A DNA stretch of 64,000 nt from Octopus sinensis (GCF_006345805.1 NC_043003.1:21080001-21144000), one strand, 5' to 3'; counted from the first letter of the stretch, positions 1-12,781 are shown. The notes: generated from the sequence alone by a model not told the origin. Translations and numbers: made by a program.

Positions 1-850
1 CAAGAATGAAACAAGCATTCAAAATATACAAAATAATCGAAAGTAAAAGACAATCAAGATCCCTCCAAAAATTCCACTCAAGTGCTAAATTACCTTGCAC
101 AATTCCTACAGCAACAGTCTAAAAAAGTAGCTACCACAATTGCAGGCCCTGCATCAACCTTATTGAAGACACAACATACAAAATCAAATCAGGGTAGACT
201 TTTACCGTAAAAAAATCACTTTATATGTTCTTCAAGGAATTTAATATATGCTATCAAATGTCAAGGATGTAATGAAGATTACATAGGTCAAACAAAGCTT
301 ACTCTAAGAAATAGACTAACCATTCACCAATAACAAATATGAGACCTTCAGTACAAGACAGATCCCACTGAGTGGTTACATAGGCATATGGGCAAAAAAT
401 AAGTCTCCCAAATTTCAGGTCTTCTCACTCTACCTATTTTCAGCGAATACCACAGATGAAGCACAGATAAAGAAAATACTTTCATACAAAAGTACAAACC
501 AGGACTTAACAAACTTTAACAGAGTACATATACAAATAACTATTCACACACAAAACTCATTCTGCCACATATCATGAAGAAGCTACACAGCTAACAACCT
601 AAATTTTAGCCATTGGACTACATACAAACGACTCTTGTCCACTCTCCCACCAGACAGATTAAATTTGGAGTGTCTTGATCATAACTAAACATGTCCACTC
701 AACTGAGTCAGCCTTAACTTATGACACAAACATTGTCACTTGATACTAACATGCAAATGTAGTGGGGAACGTATAAAAATTTCTAAGTCCAGTTATGGGA
801 CTATCATTTACCAATCAAATCCTATTCAAAACATATACAAATCTGAGCCA
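1..850 (+). mobile_element. Degenerate Penelope-like element 3' end (GIY-YIG remnant)
   Basis: 238-330 reads NLIYAIKCQGCNEDYIGQTKLTLRNRLTIH followed by stops; ends at a long (TA)n tract. Confidence 0.75.
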
Positions 851-856
851 TGAACT

Positions 857-858
<2 letters not shown>

Positions 859-941
<83 letters not shown>
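859..941. repeat. (TA)n microsatellite (representative)
   Basis: Perfect dinucleotide tract. Many other simple repeats, e.g. 4195-4310, 6854-6910, 8545-8660, 19255-19345, 22085-22420, 35070-35200, 47900-48190, 62667-62770. Confidence 0.98.
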
Positions 942-943
<2 letters not shown>

Positions 944-959
944 TTATATATGTATATAC

Positions 960-1310
960 CAGTGTCGCCTGTTACCAGCATCGCCTTACTGGCACTTGTG
1001 CTGGTGGCACGGGAAAAAACATTCAAGCGTGGTTGTTGCCAGTCCCGCTGGACTGGCTCCTGTGCAGGTGGCATATAAAAAACACCATTTGAGCGTGGCT
1101 GTTGCTAGTACCGCCCGATTGGCCCTCATGCCAGTGGCATGTAAAAGCACCCACTACACTCTCGGAGTGGTTGGCTTTAGGAAGGGCATCCAGCTGTAGA
1201 AACTCTGCCTAGTGCAGCCATCTGGTTCGCCAGTCCTCAGTCAAATCGTCCAACACATTCTAGCATGGAAAGCAGACGTTAAACAATGATGATGATGATG
1301 ATGATGATGA

Positions 1311-1313
<3 letters not shown>
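960..1313 (+). mobile_element. RTE 3'-UTR-only copy with (ATG)n tail
   Basis: TGGCA(C/T)RTAAAAGCACC modules, AGGAAGGGCATCCAGCTGTAGAAAC core, GACGTTAAAC(ATG)n end. Related copies at about 9190-9540, 43000-43250, 44316-44580, 45300-45560, 56020-56360. Confidence 0.85.
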
Positions 1314-1329
<16 letters not shown>

Positions 1330-1351
<22 letters not shown>

Positions 1352-2540
1352 TATATGTATGTATGTACATATTTAATGAGCTTCCAGTGTTTCCCTTTAT
1401 GAAATTCACTCACAAAGCATTAATCAGCCTGAGGCTATAACACAAGACACTTTCCCAACATGATGGGTAGCAGGACTGAACCTGAAACTATGTAGTTTCA
1501 AAATTGGCATTTTAACCATATTCAGGTTAATGAAGTGAATAAAAATCACTTTACATATAAATCACATTTAGGAAGGTTTTAGGGTAAATATTATAAAGGG
1601 AGGAATAGAACCGAAAGGGTTTGTGGAAAACATTTTACAGACTTACCCCATGCGAGTAATAGTTGTTTTTAATCCATAAATGCCACAAAAATGAGCTGGA
1701 CAGCGAATGCTACCACCAATATCTGTTCCTATACCTAAAATAGATCCACCATAACCTATGAGAGCTGCTTCTCCTCCACTGGACCCAGCAGGACCACGAT
1801 CAGCTTTATGTGGGTTTCTAGTTTGGCCATAAATATTATTATCACAGGAGATACTGAAAAGAAAATATGAATATTGAAAAGTTAGATATAACAACTGATA
1901 AAAACAAATGCAAGCAATTATCTATAGATTTATTCTATTGTAATATATACATACTTAGAGTAAGTGTGTCATCGTCATCACAATCATCACCATTGTCACC
2001 ATCACTACTGTTGTTGTTATCACTGGGGTCCATGCAGTCAATTAACTCCCTCCCCCAAAATTTCAGGCCTTGTGTGTTATAGTTATTATTATCAGCATCA
2101 TCATTTAATGTCTGTTTTGCATACTGGGATGGGTAGAAGGAATTATTATTATTGTGATTATGACTATTATTTGGGTGTTGGAAAGCTATATAAAAATTTC
2201 AGTTTATAAAGCTTTCAAGATTTAAAGTAACAACTGTGGAATAAAACACATAAAATATTTTCCCTTCAATTTGAACATCCTGTGACTAAATATATCTGTG
2301 TGTGTGTGTGCCTGTGTAAAACTTCATAAACAATGTAATCCTTATTGATTTTCAGTGAGAAAAGTATCATAATGTAAAACTCAGGAGTACAGCTCACATT
2401 TAAAGGACAATGTTTATGCTGCACACACTGATACCCCAGTCCACATCCAGTTAAAGGTCACCCCCTTTCGCTTGAGAAAAAAAAAAGGTGTTTGATTCAA
2501 GATGTGAAGTGTGAGCGAAAGGTTGAGGACTGCAAAGAGG
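1330..2540 (-). repeat. Paralogous block shared with 62745-64000
   Basis: Introns on both sides of the signature exon align colinearly, roughly 90% identical by eye, with small indels. Confidence 0.95.
1647..1853 (-). CDS. FAAH: FAAH-like copy A, exon 7 (amidase signature, Ser-cisSer)
   Basis: [64 protein letters not shown]; 207 nt; CAG acceptor and GTAAGT donor. The gene continues past position 1. Confidence 0.95.
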
Positions 2541-2577
2541 GATATAATTTGGCCCCAAGGAATTAATGAAAGCTTAC

Positions 2578-2639
2578 CTCATTAAAGTCTGTGGTACATT
2601 TGTTGTGACAAATGGAACAGCACCAAGTTCTTTCAGGCA
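2578..2639 (-). CDS. FAAH: FAAH-like copy A, exon 6
   Basis: CAG|CLKELGAVPFVTTNVPQTLM(AG)|GTAAG; 62 nt; conserved GAVPF..TNVPQ motif. Confidence 0.92.
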
Positions 2640-3080
2640 CTGAAATAGAAATTTAAGCCATTCAGCATTGATTCAATTATAGCAAACAAAGAAGTTAATT
2701 CAAAATGAAAAATATATTAATCCACATCTATATCTATATCACCCTCTTTCTCTTCCCCTTCTCCCACTAATCCTCCCAATCCCTCCCTCTCTCTCCCTTT
2801 CTGTCGCTTTCTCTCTTTCTCTCTTGGCTCACCTTCTAAACAACTAAGAAATGAATAAACTCTGACAAAAAAAAAGAAAACTCTTCTAATAAAATGCCGA
2901 CATTTCCCCATCCTTTCATTAAAATATTCTCACATTTCATAATAAAACAATATGATATAAATAGTATCATATAATTAGTGTTATATAATTAGTATAATGA
3001 GCTAGGCATGGCTGTGTGGTCAAGAAGTTTGCTTCCAACAAATTTGCTTCAGGTTCTGTCCTGCTGTCTTCCACTATAGT

Positions 3081-3547
3081 CATACCTGTGCCTACACAGT
3101 CACACCTGCATCTACACAGCAGCACCTGTGCCTACACAACCGCACCTATGCCTACACAGTCACATCTGCACCTACACAACCACACCTGTGACTACATAGC
3201 CACACCTGTGCCTAAACATCCACAACTGTGCCTATACAGCCATGCCTGTGCCTTCACAGCCACATCTGTGCCTACACAGCCACACCTGCACCTACACAGC
3301 TATACCTGTGCCTACACAGCCATGCCTGTGCCTACACAGTCACACTTTTGCCTACACATCCACACCTTCACCTACACAGCCACACCTCTCCCTACACAGC
3401 CATACCTACACCTACACAGCCACACCTGCCTACACAGCCACACCTGCCTATACAGCCACACCTGTACCTACACAGTCACACCTGTGCCTACACAGCCACA
3501 CCTGTGCCTACACAGCCACACCTGCCTACACAGCCATGCCTGTGCCT
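3081..3547. repeat. 20-bp minisatellite (~23 units, some 18-bp variants)
   Basis: Unit CCTGTGCCTACACAGCCACA; explains the ORFs at 3016, 3228 and 3242. Confidence 0.95.
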
Positions 3548-4771
3548 GTCAATGCTTTCTTCCTTTATGCTGTAGGTTCTTAGTGTGGATCTATTATTCT
3601 TGAATTGCATGGATGCAGCCTTCAAAGTGGGATGTCATAATATTTTTTGTATTCTATGTGAAGCTTTTGACATGATCAGTTTCTTCTATGATTTGCCTTT
3701 GTCATGCCAAGTACCCATGTACTAACTTCTTATATTTTTTATTTTGCTCTTTTGATAAATATATTTTACTTAATTTCATGTCTCTCCTCAAGTTCATTAG
3801 CTATCCTAATTATGTTGTTGATTTCATGGTCACAAACTTGGGGAAGATAGAAAATTACTATTTTTAAATCTCACAACGTGAGATATTGGGAAAGATAGTT
3901 ACTGGTCTCTTTCTTCAACTGCAGATATTGTTTACAGTATCACAATACATACATATGTACGTATTTATGTAATTATTTATTTAAGTACGCAGCTGGAAAA
4001 CACACTGCTTGTGTAATGAATGGGGAAAGCATGGTCTGCAATGTTTGCAGTCATGTATGTTTGTGAAGAGCAGGGCTTTTTAGTCACCAATGGAGCCACA
4101 AGTATAAAGTATAAGGCTGACTTAAGTGCACAATGTTCCTTAAGTTCAGTAATGCTTTTCCTCAGTCACGAGTGGACAGCTATCATGAATGTATGTATTA
4201 TGTATGTATGTATGTATGTATGTATGTATGTATGTATGTATGTATGTATGTATGTATGTATGTATGTGTGTGTGTGTATGTATGTATGTATGTATGTATG
4301 TATGTATGCATGCATGAATGCATGTATGTCAGGTCACTCTTAGTACTACTGTCTCAGTGCAACTTGTCACATACCAGTTACTAAAGTGAAAAATATACCA
4401 AGTTACCTTGGCAAGGAATGTGACTTTTGTTGGACACCCTGGAGGAGGAAAAATAAAACCTGACAAAGAGCAAGTGAAATCAGTAGGATGAATAGCAATC
4501 CAATAACTAGGAGTGAGAGCCATTGTTTAGACATCTCTTTTTGAAAAGGAAAACTATGGTGTAACACTTGCGCTTTCATTTGTATACAATGATATAGACC
4601 AGTTCTACTTTCTGAGGAAATGCAAGTGCTGTTCAGAGATTGGGATTTGTCCTATGCAAGGATTTTTCATTGTAAAATACTTCAGTATAAAATACTACTC
4701 ACCTGATTTTGTGTTGAATACTATAGCTGGGCATAGCTGGGAAAGGCAAAACAATCAACATAAAATTCCAT

Positions 4772-4979
4772 ATAGTAAAGATTGCTTGCCAACATAACAT
4801 GACAGTCCTGGTTTAGGACTAATGTTACTGTAATTTAGCCCCAAGAGACATCGTCTCCAGCTGGCTATACAACATGAACTGTGTCTTTGTTTTTGAACAT
4901 TTTCTCCTGGGGCTAAATTACAGCAACATTAGTCCTAAACCAGGACTGCCATGTTATGTTGGCAAACAATCTTTACCAC
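4772..4979. mobile_element. MITE with ~77-bp TIRs and 10-bp TSD (Mutator-like)
   Basis: 4775-4848 is the reverse complement of 4903-4976; AAAATTCCAT at 4762-4771 and 4980-4989. Confidence 0.82.
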
Positions 4980-5639
4980 AAAATTCCATGTTGGAATGAA
5001 TGCATGTGTCAGCATGGGTGATAAGCTCCCCAAATACCTACTGCAAGAGGTGCCCATCATTATCACATTTGTGCAGAAGTGTTTAGGTTCCAAGCAAGAG
5101 TTTAGGTCCCCAGCAGGAGTTTTGGTCTCTAGTATTAATCTTACCTGGATCAGATTCTTGGGTCTTAACTCATTTGTAATCACATTTCTTAATAAATGCT
5201 TTGTTTATATATTTTAATTAGTTTTGAAAATAGTAAAGAATCTGGAGGAATTTTGTAAAATAACTAAATCTGTTAATTCTAAGTTGGGATTTTCAACATC
5301 AAGAAAGACAAGTAGAATAGTTTTCATGAAACACTGTCTGAATGATCCTTCTCCGCAAAATACCTACTGAAATACCACATCCAAGACATCCAGGTTTCCA
5401 TTGAAGCTACAGAAAGAAATATTGGTTACTGCTACTACAAGTAACATGTATAACCCACATATCAGTAACAGATCTGAACTGCATGCAACTGTTTGGCTGC
5501 TATAGCAATGCATAGCAACCCTTCAAACATACACTGCAGAACAGAGAAGGCAGCTAGCAACAACTTTCTCCAAAGATTTCCCAAAGAAGAGGTCCTAATC
5601 CTGAAATATTGAAATACCAGGTAAAAATACAAACCATTT

Positions 5640-6700
5640 TATTATAATGGGCGTTATGTCCATCTGTTTCCTCTGCACAGACAAATGGCTGAACCAATGG
5701 TTACATAATGGGCGTTATGTCCGTCTGTTTCCTCTTCACAGACAGATGGCTAGACCAATGGTTACATAATAGGCGTTATGTCCGTATGTTTCTTCTTCAC
5801 AGACAAATGGCTGGACCAATGGTCACAATGTTTTTTAGGATTATGAAGGGGGTGATCAGGAAGGGTTTCAGTGAAAAGAATGTGAAAAAGTATGGTTATT
5901 TTAGTGGATATTGAATTTTGTATTAATAAATCACTTTTGATTTATTTGTCAAAATTCCGGCGACAAGGATTAACTCTGGATTCTCCCCCACCCCATATAG
6001 TTCGTGAATTTAGAGGGTTTTATATTTGCGATACTATCCATCGTAGATGAGCAGATTTGCTATCTTACTATAATGTGCATTATGTCCGTCTGTTCCATCT
6101 TCACGACCAGACAGCTGGATCAATGGTTACAATATTTTTCGGGATTACAAAGACAGTCATCAGGAAGGTTTTTAGCTTTAAAAAATCAGAAAGTATGATT
6201 ATTTTGTAAATATCGATTTTTGAATTGATAAATCACCTTCGTATCTTTATCAAAAATTCACCGACCACGAATAACTGTGGATTTTCCTCGAATAGTTCGT
6301 GGTGCCATCGTTGATACAAAGGGGGTCACGAGAACGATTAATAGCGAAAATAAAATGGAAAAAGTATGTCAGTATATAGTGTGGGTAATTATTTAGTGGT
6401 TATTGGAGTGTGTCAGTCTGGAACAGGATTCGAAACAGCTAATCGAAGTGGCTGTTGTTTACATCTCAGTTTTGTCAATAAAAATAACCCAGTTTGATAT
6501 TTTTTTGGCACCTCTAAAGATTCCACTCATGCATTCACAACAAACAAGACACAGGGCCAGACTTTAGATCGTGTAAGGGTATTTTTACCCACCCCGATGT
6601 TTACACATGGCCAGTTATACGTCCTTGAGAAGAGCAACAGACTCCAGTAATTTGAAAATTAGTGTCAACCAAACAGAAAACAGATGGGTATAGTTTTTAT
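5640..6700 (+). mobile_element. Non-autonomous Helitron remnant with PIF1-helicase C-terminal fragment
   Basis: 6531-6626 reads AFTTNKTQGQTLDRVRVFLPTPMFTHGQLYV (helicase motifs V-VI); 61-bp tandem repeats at the 5' side. Confidence 0.72.
5644..5826 (+). repeat. 61-bp tandem repeat x3 (fourth partial copy at about 6070-6130)
   Basis: Unit ATAATGGGCGTTATGTCCRTCTGTTTCCTCTKCACAGACARATGGCTRRACCAATGGTTAC. Confidence 0.92.
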
Positions 6701-6876
6701 ATTTATACCAAGGAGTAGTTAAGTCAATTACCAAAACATTTAACTCTTCACTATTCACTTTCACAACTTCATTGTGATTCTGAAATTGCTTAGAATGACT
6801 GAAGCATCTTTTTTAGTATAGCACCTGAGCACTGTATACAATAATTTCATCATCATTATTATTATTATTATTATTA

Positions 6877-6912
<36 letters not shown>

Positions 6913-6925
6913 AAATAAAACATAC

Positions 6926-7000
6926 CTTAACAAGATTTGAATCATCTGCATGAGGTGGGCTCAACAGGCTGTAACCTAAGCCACAGGTTGTGTAAAGTCC
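6926..7000 (-). CDS. FAAH: FAAH-like copy A, exon 5
   Basis: TAG|GLYTTCGLGYSLLSPPHADDSNLVK|GTATGT; 75 nt, phase 0/0; fills the expected gap between the Lys motif and GAVPF. Confidence 0.85.
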
Positions 7001-8239
7001 CTAATTGAATGAAAGGAAAGAAAATTATTATAAGATCGAAACTGTGTAACTAGTCTTTCTAGTTTATTCTACTACATCCAACAGGATCACTACACAGTTA
7101 GTTGACCAGCTATAAATAGCAGTCAAACCTTCCTCAAATCACACTGTTATGACAATGTAGTCTACAATATATATAAAATCATAGAATTGTCCTAATTTCT
7201 GGTCTACTTGATCAGGGTTGGATTAGGAAGAGCAACAACGACACACTGTTTATTATTGTTATATTGTTGTTTACTCCCCAAAACAACTATGGTAACCATT
7301 TAATACAATGTAATATATAAAAATGTGCAACATAGTCTTAATACAATGTTGATACACTTACAATACATATTAAAATTAGTTTCAAATTTTGGCACAAGGC
7401 TATCAATTGTGGGGGAGGGGTTAAGTCAATTATATTGACCCCAGTGCTTAACTGGTACTTATTTTATCAACCCAGAATGGATGAAAGGTAAAATCAACTT
7501 CAGTGTGCTAATGATTCTGCCAATTTGCCACCTTAGGTATTACCCACTAATATTAATATGTTTCTAATATGCATTCGTCTGTTAGAATAATGAGGGCCTT
7601 GGTACTTATTTTATTGACCCCAAAAGGATGAAAGGCAAAGTCAACACCAGCAGCATTTGAACTCAGAACATAAAGTTGGAAGAAATGCCGCTAAGCAGTC
7701 TTTCTGGTGCAATAACAGTTCGCCGATGTTGCTGCCTTGTCATTTAATAATTGGAAATATATTTCCATATATAGACACTGGAATGATTTGCCTTGCAACC
7801 ATGTGCTTTTTGGTTCAGTCCCATTGTGCTGCACTTTTGACAAGTGTCTTTCTACTATAGCCCAGGACAATCAATGCCTTGTGAATGAATTTGGTAAATG
7901 GAAACTGTGTAGAAGCCTATCATATGTGTGTGTGTGTGTGTGTCTATGTGTATTTGTGTTTGTGTGTGTGTTTGTGTGAGCCTGTATGTTTGTGCCTTTG
8001 GGTCTGTGTTTGTCCCACCCTCCACCATGTGACAACTAGTATCGGTTTCTTTACATCCCCATAACTTAGCACTACAGCAATAGAGACCAATAAAACAGGT
8101 ACCAGGTTTAAAAATAAACAACTAGGATCAGTTTGTTCAACTAAATCCTCCAAGGCACTGCTCCAGCATGGCTTTGGTTCACTGACTGAAACAAGAAAAA
8201 GAATAAATAAATAAAGGACAAAAGAAATAAGGAACCAAC

Positions 8240-8329
8240 CTTGTAGATTATGTTTTCTTTGAGGCTGATTGGAATTCCATGAAGAGGTTTGGTCACATAT
8301 GGGACAGAATCACATTTCAGAGCTAATTC
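8240..8329 (-). CDS. FAAH: FAAH-like copy A, exon 4 (catalytic Lys)
   Basis: CAG|ELALKCDSVPYVTKPLHGIPISLKENIIYK|GT; 90 nt; GIPISLKE corresponds to FAAH GVPVSLKE (Lys142). Confidence 0.92.
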
Positions 8330-8778
8330 CTGTGAAAAAAAAAAACAAAATCATTAGCATTTTTAATTGCAAGCATGGCTCTGTGGTAAGAGGCTTGCTT
8401 TGCAATCACATGGTTCCAGATTCAGTCCTACTGCATGGTACCTTGGGCAAGAGTTTTCTACTATAGCCTCAGGCTGACCAAAGCCTTGCCAGTGGATTTG
8501 GTAGACAGAAACTGATAGAAGCCTGTCATTCATTCATGCATTCATACACACACACATACATACATACATACATACATACATACATACATACATACATACA
8601 TACATACATACATACATACATACATGCATGCATGCATACATACATACATACATACATACATAGGCCTGCTCACTTAGCCAGTGGGGTGGCGTCATTTAAA
8701 GGCTAAAACAATGCGAAGCGCATTGTGACCAGCGATGAGTAGCAACATCTGATAGCCTGGTCAATCATGGTGATCACG

Positions 8779-8821
<43 letters not shown>

Positions 8822-10105
8822 GTGTGTGTCTTTGTATCTGTGTTTGTTTCCCACCCCTGCTTGACAACTAGTGCTGGTGTGTTTACATCCCCGTAACTTA
8901 ACAGTTCAGCAAAAAAGACCAATATAATAAGTACCAAGCTTATAAAAAGTAAGTACTGTGGTTGATACATTTGACTAAAAATTCTTCAAAACAGTACCCC
9001 ATCATGGTCACAGTCTAACCTCCCTCAATCAAGTAAAAAATAAAAGATTTATTTTGCATTCAAACTATGCTCTCTGATAGCTCAAGGAAACTTTTACAGA
9101 ATCGCCATTGCCATGTAAGGTAAAATCTAGAATTGATGTAATTGGTGCAGGTGTTTATCATAAAAAGTGATCCAAGAGGTAGCATAACCAGTGCCATGTA
9201 AAAAGCAACCATGCTGGTGTCATGTATAAATAACCTGTACCTACACCACATAAAAAGCATCCATGCTGGTTCCACATAAAAAAGCACCATTGTTGGCACC
9301 ACATAGGAAGCACTCTTGCTGGCATCAGGGGGAAAGCAGCTGTGCTGGTGCCACATATAAAGCATCCATGCTGGCCCCATGTAATAAGCTTCCAGTACAC
9401 TCTGTAAAGTGGCTGGTATTAGGAAGGGCATCCGGCTGTAGAAACTATGCCAAACCAGATGACTGGAGCCTGATGCAGCCCTCTGACTTGCCAGCTCCTG
9501 TCAAACTGTACAACCCATGCCAGCATAGAAAACGGATTTTGGCACCTGATATACCATATTTTGACGTGTATAAGGAATCCTTTTTCGTAAAAAATTAGTT
9601 GTAAAAAATATGGGAATTTCTTATGCATAGATAGTATTATAATCCTTTACAAAACCTTTTTCCAAAATTTTAAGTCCCAGAAATTAGGGGGTTCCTTATA
9701 CACGTTAAAATACAGTATATTGCAAACAGAGGAGTGAACTCCTATCATCGTCTAGCAACAGCGACAAGTTTCAAATTATCTGTGTTCATCCTCAGTGGTG
9801 GATACCCATCTGCTAGAGATAGCAGTAATCTGCTCCAGCTCACAATATATAGAAAAAGAAAAGCAAAGCAGCTAGTTTGAAAATCTCTATAAGAGATGAA
9901 AGTAGTAACTATACTAAGAAGTAATGTTTATATATTGCCACTTCATTATAGCTGTTCCATAAGAACCAACGTTACTACTGATTTTAACACCAGGAGGAAC
10001 CTCCTCTAACTGGTTATCTCTGCAATTAATACTTTCATTTCTAATAGAGATTTTCAATTGTAGTCTACCTAGAGAATAAATACAGAATAGATCAAATACT
10101 CTTAC

Positions 10106-10162
10106 CTCAGCTTCAGGAATTATTGCAGTTATACAATTGATCTTCTCTTGTGCTTCAAGTGC
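10106..10162 (-). CDS. FAAH: FAAH-like copy A, exon 3
   Basis: CAG|ALEAQEKINCITAIIPEAE|GTAAG; 57 nt; matches the FAAH 'TNCVT' region. Confidence 0.85.
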
Positions 10163-11002
10163 CTGTTGTAGAAAATTAGAAGTTAAGCATGCTAAATCTT
10201 GATTTATAATATTGGCAAAAAAGCTGACATTTTTGAGGTGAGGAAAGGGTAACAGTTTATCGTATAATAATTTTGCTTGTCACTCTGCTACTTAGCCCAT
10301 CTGTAATGCTTCCATGTGATTAGTTGAAGACGGAGGGGGAATGGGACAGGTAGGAAGGAGAGGGGAGGGGAAGAGGAGGAATGGGGTGGGATGGAAGGAG
10401 AGGGGAAGAGAAAGAGAGGCGGAGGGGAAGGTGGTGGTGAGTGAAATGTGTAATTTTTTAAAACTAAGCTTTGTTACTGTTGTAGTGAGAGTATGACACT
10501 CTCTGATGAGAATAGACAGGACCACTACATATAAATAGTAGCAGTCTGATATAGCTGGCAGTTCACAATTTGCTCTGCAATATCGTGAGTTAAATTCTGG
10601 GTTCAGTCCCACTGCGTGGCACCTTGGGCTTGACAATCGATGCTGGTGTGTTTACATCCCCATAACTTAGCGGTTCGGCAAAAGAGACCGATAGAATAAG
10701 TATTAGGCTTACAAAGAATAAGTCCTGGGGTCGATTTGCTCGACTAAAGGTGGTGCTCCAGCATGGCCGCTGTCAAATGACTGAAACAAGTAAAAGAGTA
10801 AAAAGAGAGAGTATACCCACAGAAAAGCAGATACAATGTCATGAATGCATATGAGTACCCCAAATATCGATTTTTGACACGTGTGTAATAATAACAGTGA
10901 TGATATTTGATGTGGTTCAACAATTTAGTGTCTCCTTTCAGTATATAGGCAAGAATTATTTTCTATGCCCCTAATTATAATTATATTTATAAATATCATT
11001 GT

Positions 11003-11510
11003 GGAGGCACAATGGCCCAGTGGTTAGGGCAGCAGACTCACGGTCGTAGGATCGCGGTTTTGATTCCCAGACCGGGCATTGTGAGTGTTTATTGAACGAA
11101 AACACCTGAAACTCCATGAGGCTCTGGCAGCGGGTGGTGGTGAACTCTGCTGTACTCTTTCCCCACAACTTTCTTTCACTCTTTCTTTCTGTTTCTGTTG
11201 TACTTGTATTTCAAAGGGCCAGCCTTGTCACACTCTGTGTCACGCTGAATCTCCCCGAGAACTACGTTAAGGGTACACGTGTCTGTGGAGTGCTCAGCCA
11301 CTTGCATATTAATAAATGAGCTACGACGTCACTGGTACCAAACTGTATTGGCCTTTGCCTTTCCGTTGGATAACACTGTTGGTGTGGAGAGGGGAGCCTT
11401 GTATGCATGGGTGACTGCTGATCTTCCATAAACAACCTTGCCCAGACTTGTGCCTCGGAGGGTAACTTTCTAGGTGCAATCCCATGGTCATTCATGACCG
11501 AAGGGGGTCA
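11003..11510 (+). mobile_element. tRNA-derived SINE (family C)
   Basis: A box TGGCCCAGTGG (11013) and B-box-like GGTTTTGATTCCC (11056). Relatives at 20211-20540(+), 53680-53991(-), 54560-54800(-), 55100-55400(+). Confidence 0.8.
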
Positions 11511-12667
11511 CAGTACAATATATATATATATATCATTGGTATCATCAGCATCATCCTTTAACACCCAGCTTCTACGCTGGCATTGTCAGTTCAACTAGGG
11601 TCCAGTGACTCAGAGCACAGTATCATGACCCTTATATTCCATCTCTTATCAACCATCAACAACCACCTCCCTCCACCTGTGTTCATCACTTAGGACATTT
11701 AACTTATGTAACTTTGAACACCTCCTCCCTTATCAATATATGTCTCTCTCTCTCTCTCTCTCTCCCCTACACTCTCAAGAACTAAGTAGGCTTCACAATC
11801 ATAAAGTGTTTTATCACTTTATGATTGTAAAGCCTACTTCAAAAATATTCACTTTTATCCCCTTTCATTTTTTTGACAACAATATTTAAAGACAGTGATA
11901 TCTTTTATCGTTTACTTGTTTTAATCATTCGGCCATGGTCATACTGGGGCACTGCCCTGAAAGGTTCAGCGAAACAAATTGATTCCAGTACATTTTTTCT
12001 TTTTTTAATCTGATAATTATTTTATCCCAGTGGTTGCTTTTGTTGAACTTTTAAGTTACATGGACATAAACAAACCAACACTAGTTGTCAGATGGTGGTG
12101 GTAGAAACACAAACACAAAGACATACACACACACATACATAATGTCCAACCAAAGCCAGTATCCAACCCATGCCAGCATGGAAAACAAACGTTAAAGGAT
12201 GATGATGATGATGATGATGACGACATGCTTCTACACAGATTCCATTTACTAAATTCACTCACAAGACAATGGGAAGCCCAAGGCTATAGTGGAAGACATT
12301 TGCCCATGGCCCCAAGGTGGTGCACAATGGGACTAAAGGTGAAAACTTATGGTTGCAAAGCCAACTTCTTAATCACACAGCTAGGCCTGTAACCTGATAT
12401 ATCAGTTTTTATTCCTTATACTTTTCAACTTTACTACAATTTTGTTCCTGTAAATTACCAATAATCTTTGTAAATGACCTGTTTTTTAGGGGCCTCCAGC
12501 AATTACCAACTGGCAGCTGGTAATGGCTAAAGGTTCTTATTAGGAAGATTCAAAGTTTTAGCACTTCTTTCAAGCTTGCTTTATAATGATACAAGTGAAT
12601 AAAATATAAGAATGGTTTTAAAAAGAAAGTAATCAGAAAAAATTCAGAATAATAAAAATTAAATAAC

Positions 12668-12781
12668 CTTGTATTGATAAGCATGAAGAACATCAATGGC
12701 TTTTAATGAACGGTCTTTGAGTCGTTTCTGAAGTTGGACAATGTCTAATGATAGAATTCTTTTTCTCTTTTCTTCAGTAAG
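12668..12781 (-). CDS. FAAH: FAAH-like copy A, exon 2
   Basis: CAG|LTEEKRKRILSLDIVQLQKRLKDRSLKAIDVLHAYQYK|GT; 114 nt, phase 0/0; typical amidase N-terminal helix segment. Confidence 0.85.

Noticed and set aside
735-770. Possible hammerhead remnant (CAC-TTGAT...AAATGTAGTGG) after the first PLE fragment
   Set aside because: The core is too decayed to call, although its position would fit.
795-1199. ORFs with YIYI, MYVC, HTHT or IHTY runs (also at about 4020, 22010-22456, 47708-48319, 56299-56682)
   Set aside because: Translations of di- and tetranucleotide microsatellites, not genes.
3081-3547. CRISPR-like appearance of regular repeats (also 5644-5826 and the RTE UTR modules)
   Set aside because: No unique spacers and no cas genes; eukaryotic context.
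3016-3603. 195-aa His/Pro/Thr-rich ORF and overlapping ORFs
   Set aside because: Open only because the 20-bp minisatellite lacks stops; the unit is not a multiple of 3 and the ORF is antisense within an intron.
10330-10440. G-rich tracts with G-quadruplex potential (also 21250-21305)
   Set aside because: Low-complexity purine tracts are common here and nothing links them to a function; the second belongs to the decayed PLE spacer.
11003-11080. tRNA gene candidates with A/B boxes (also about 53910-53990)
   Set aside because: They continue into a shared ~400-nt body and lack a full cloverleaf, so they are SINE heads.
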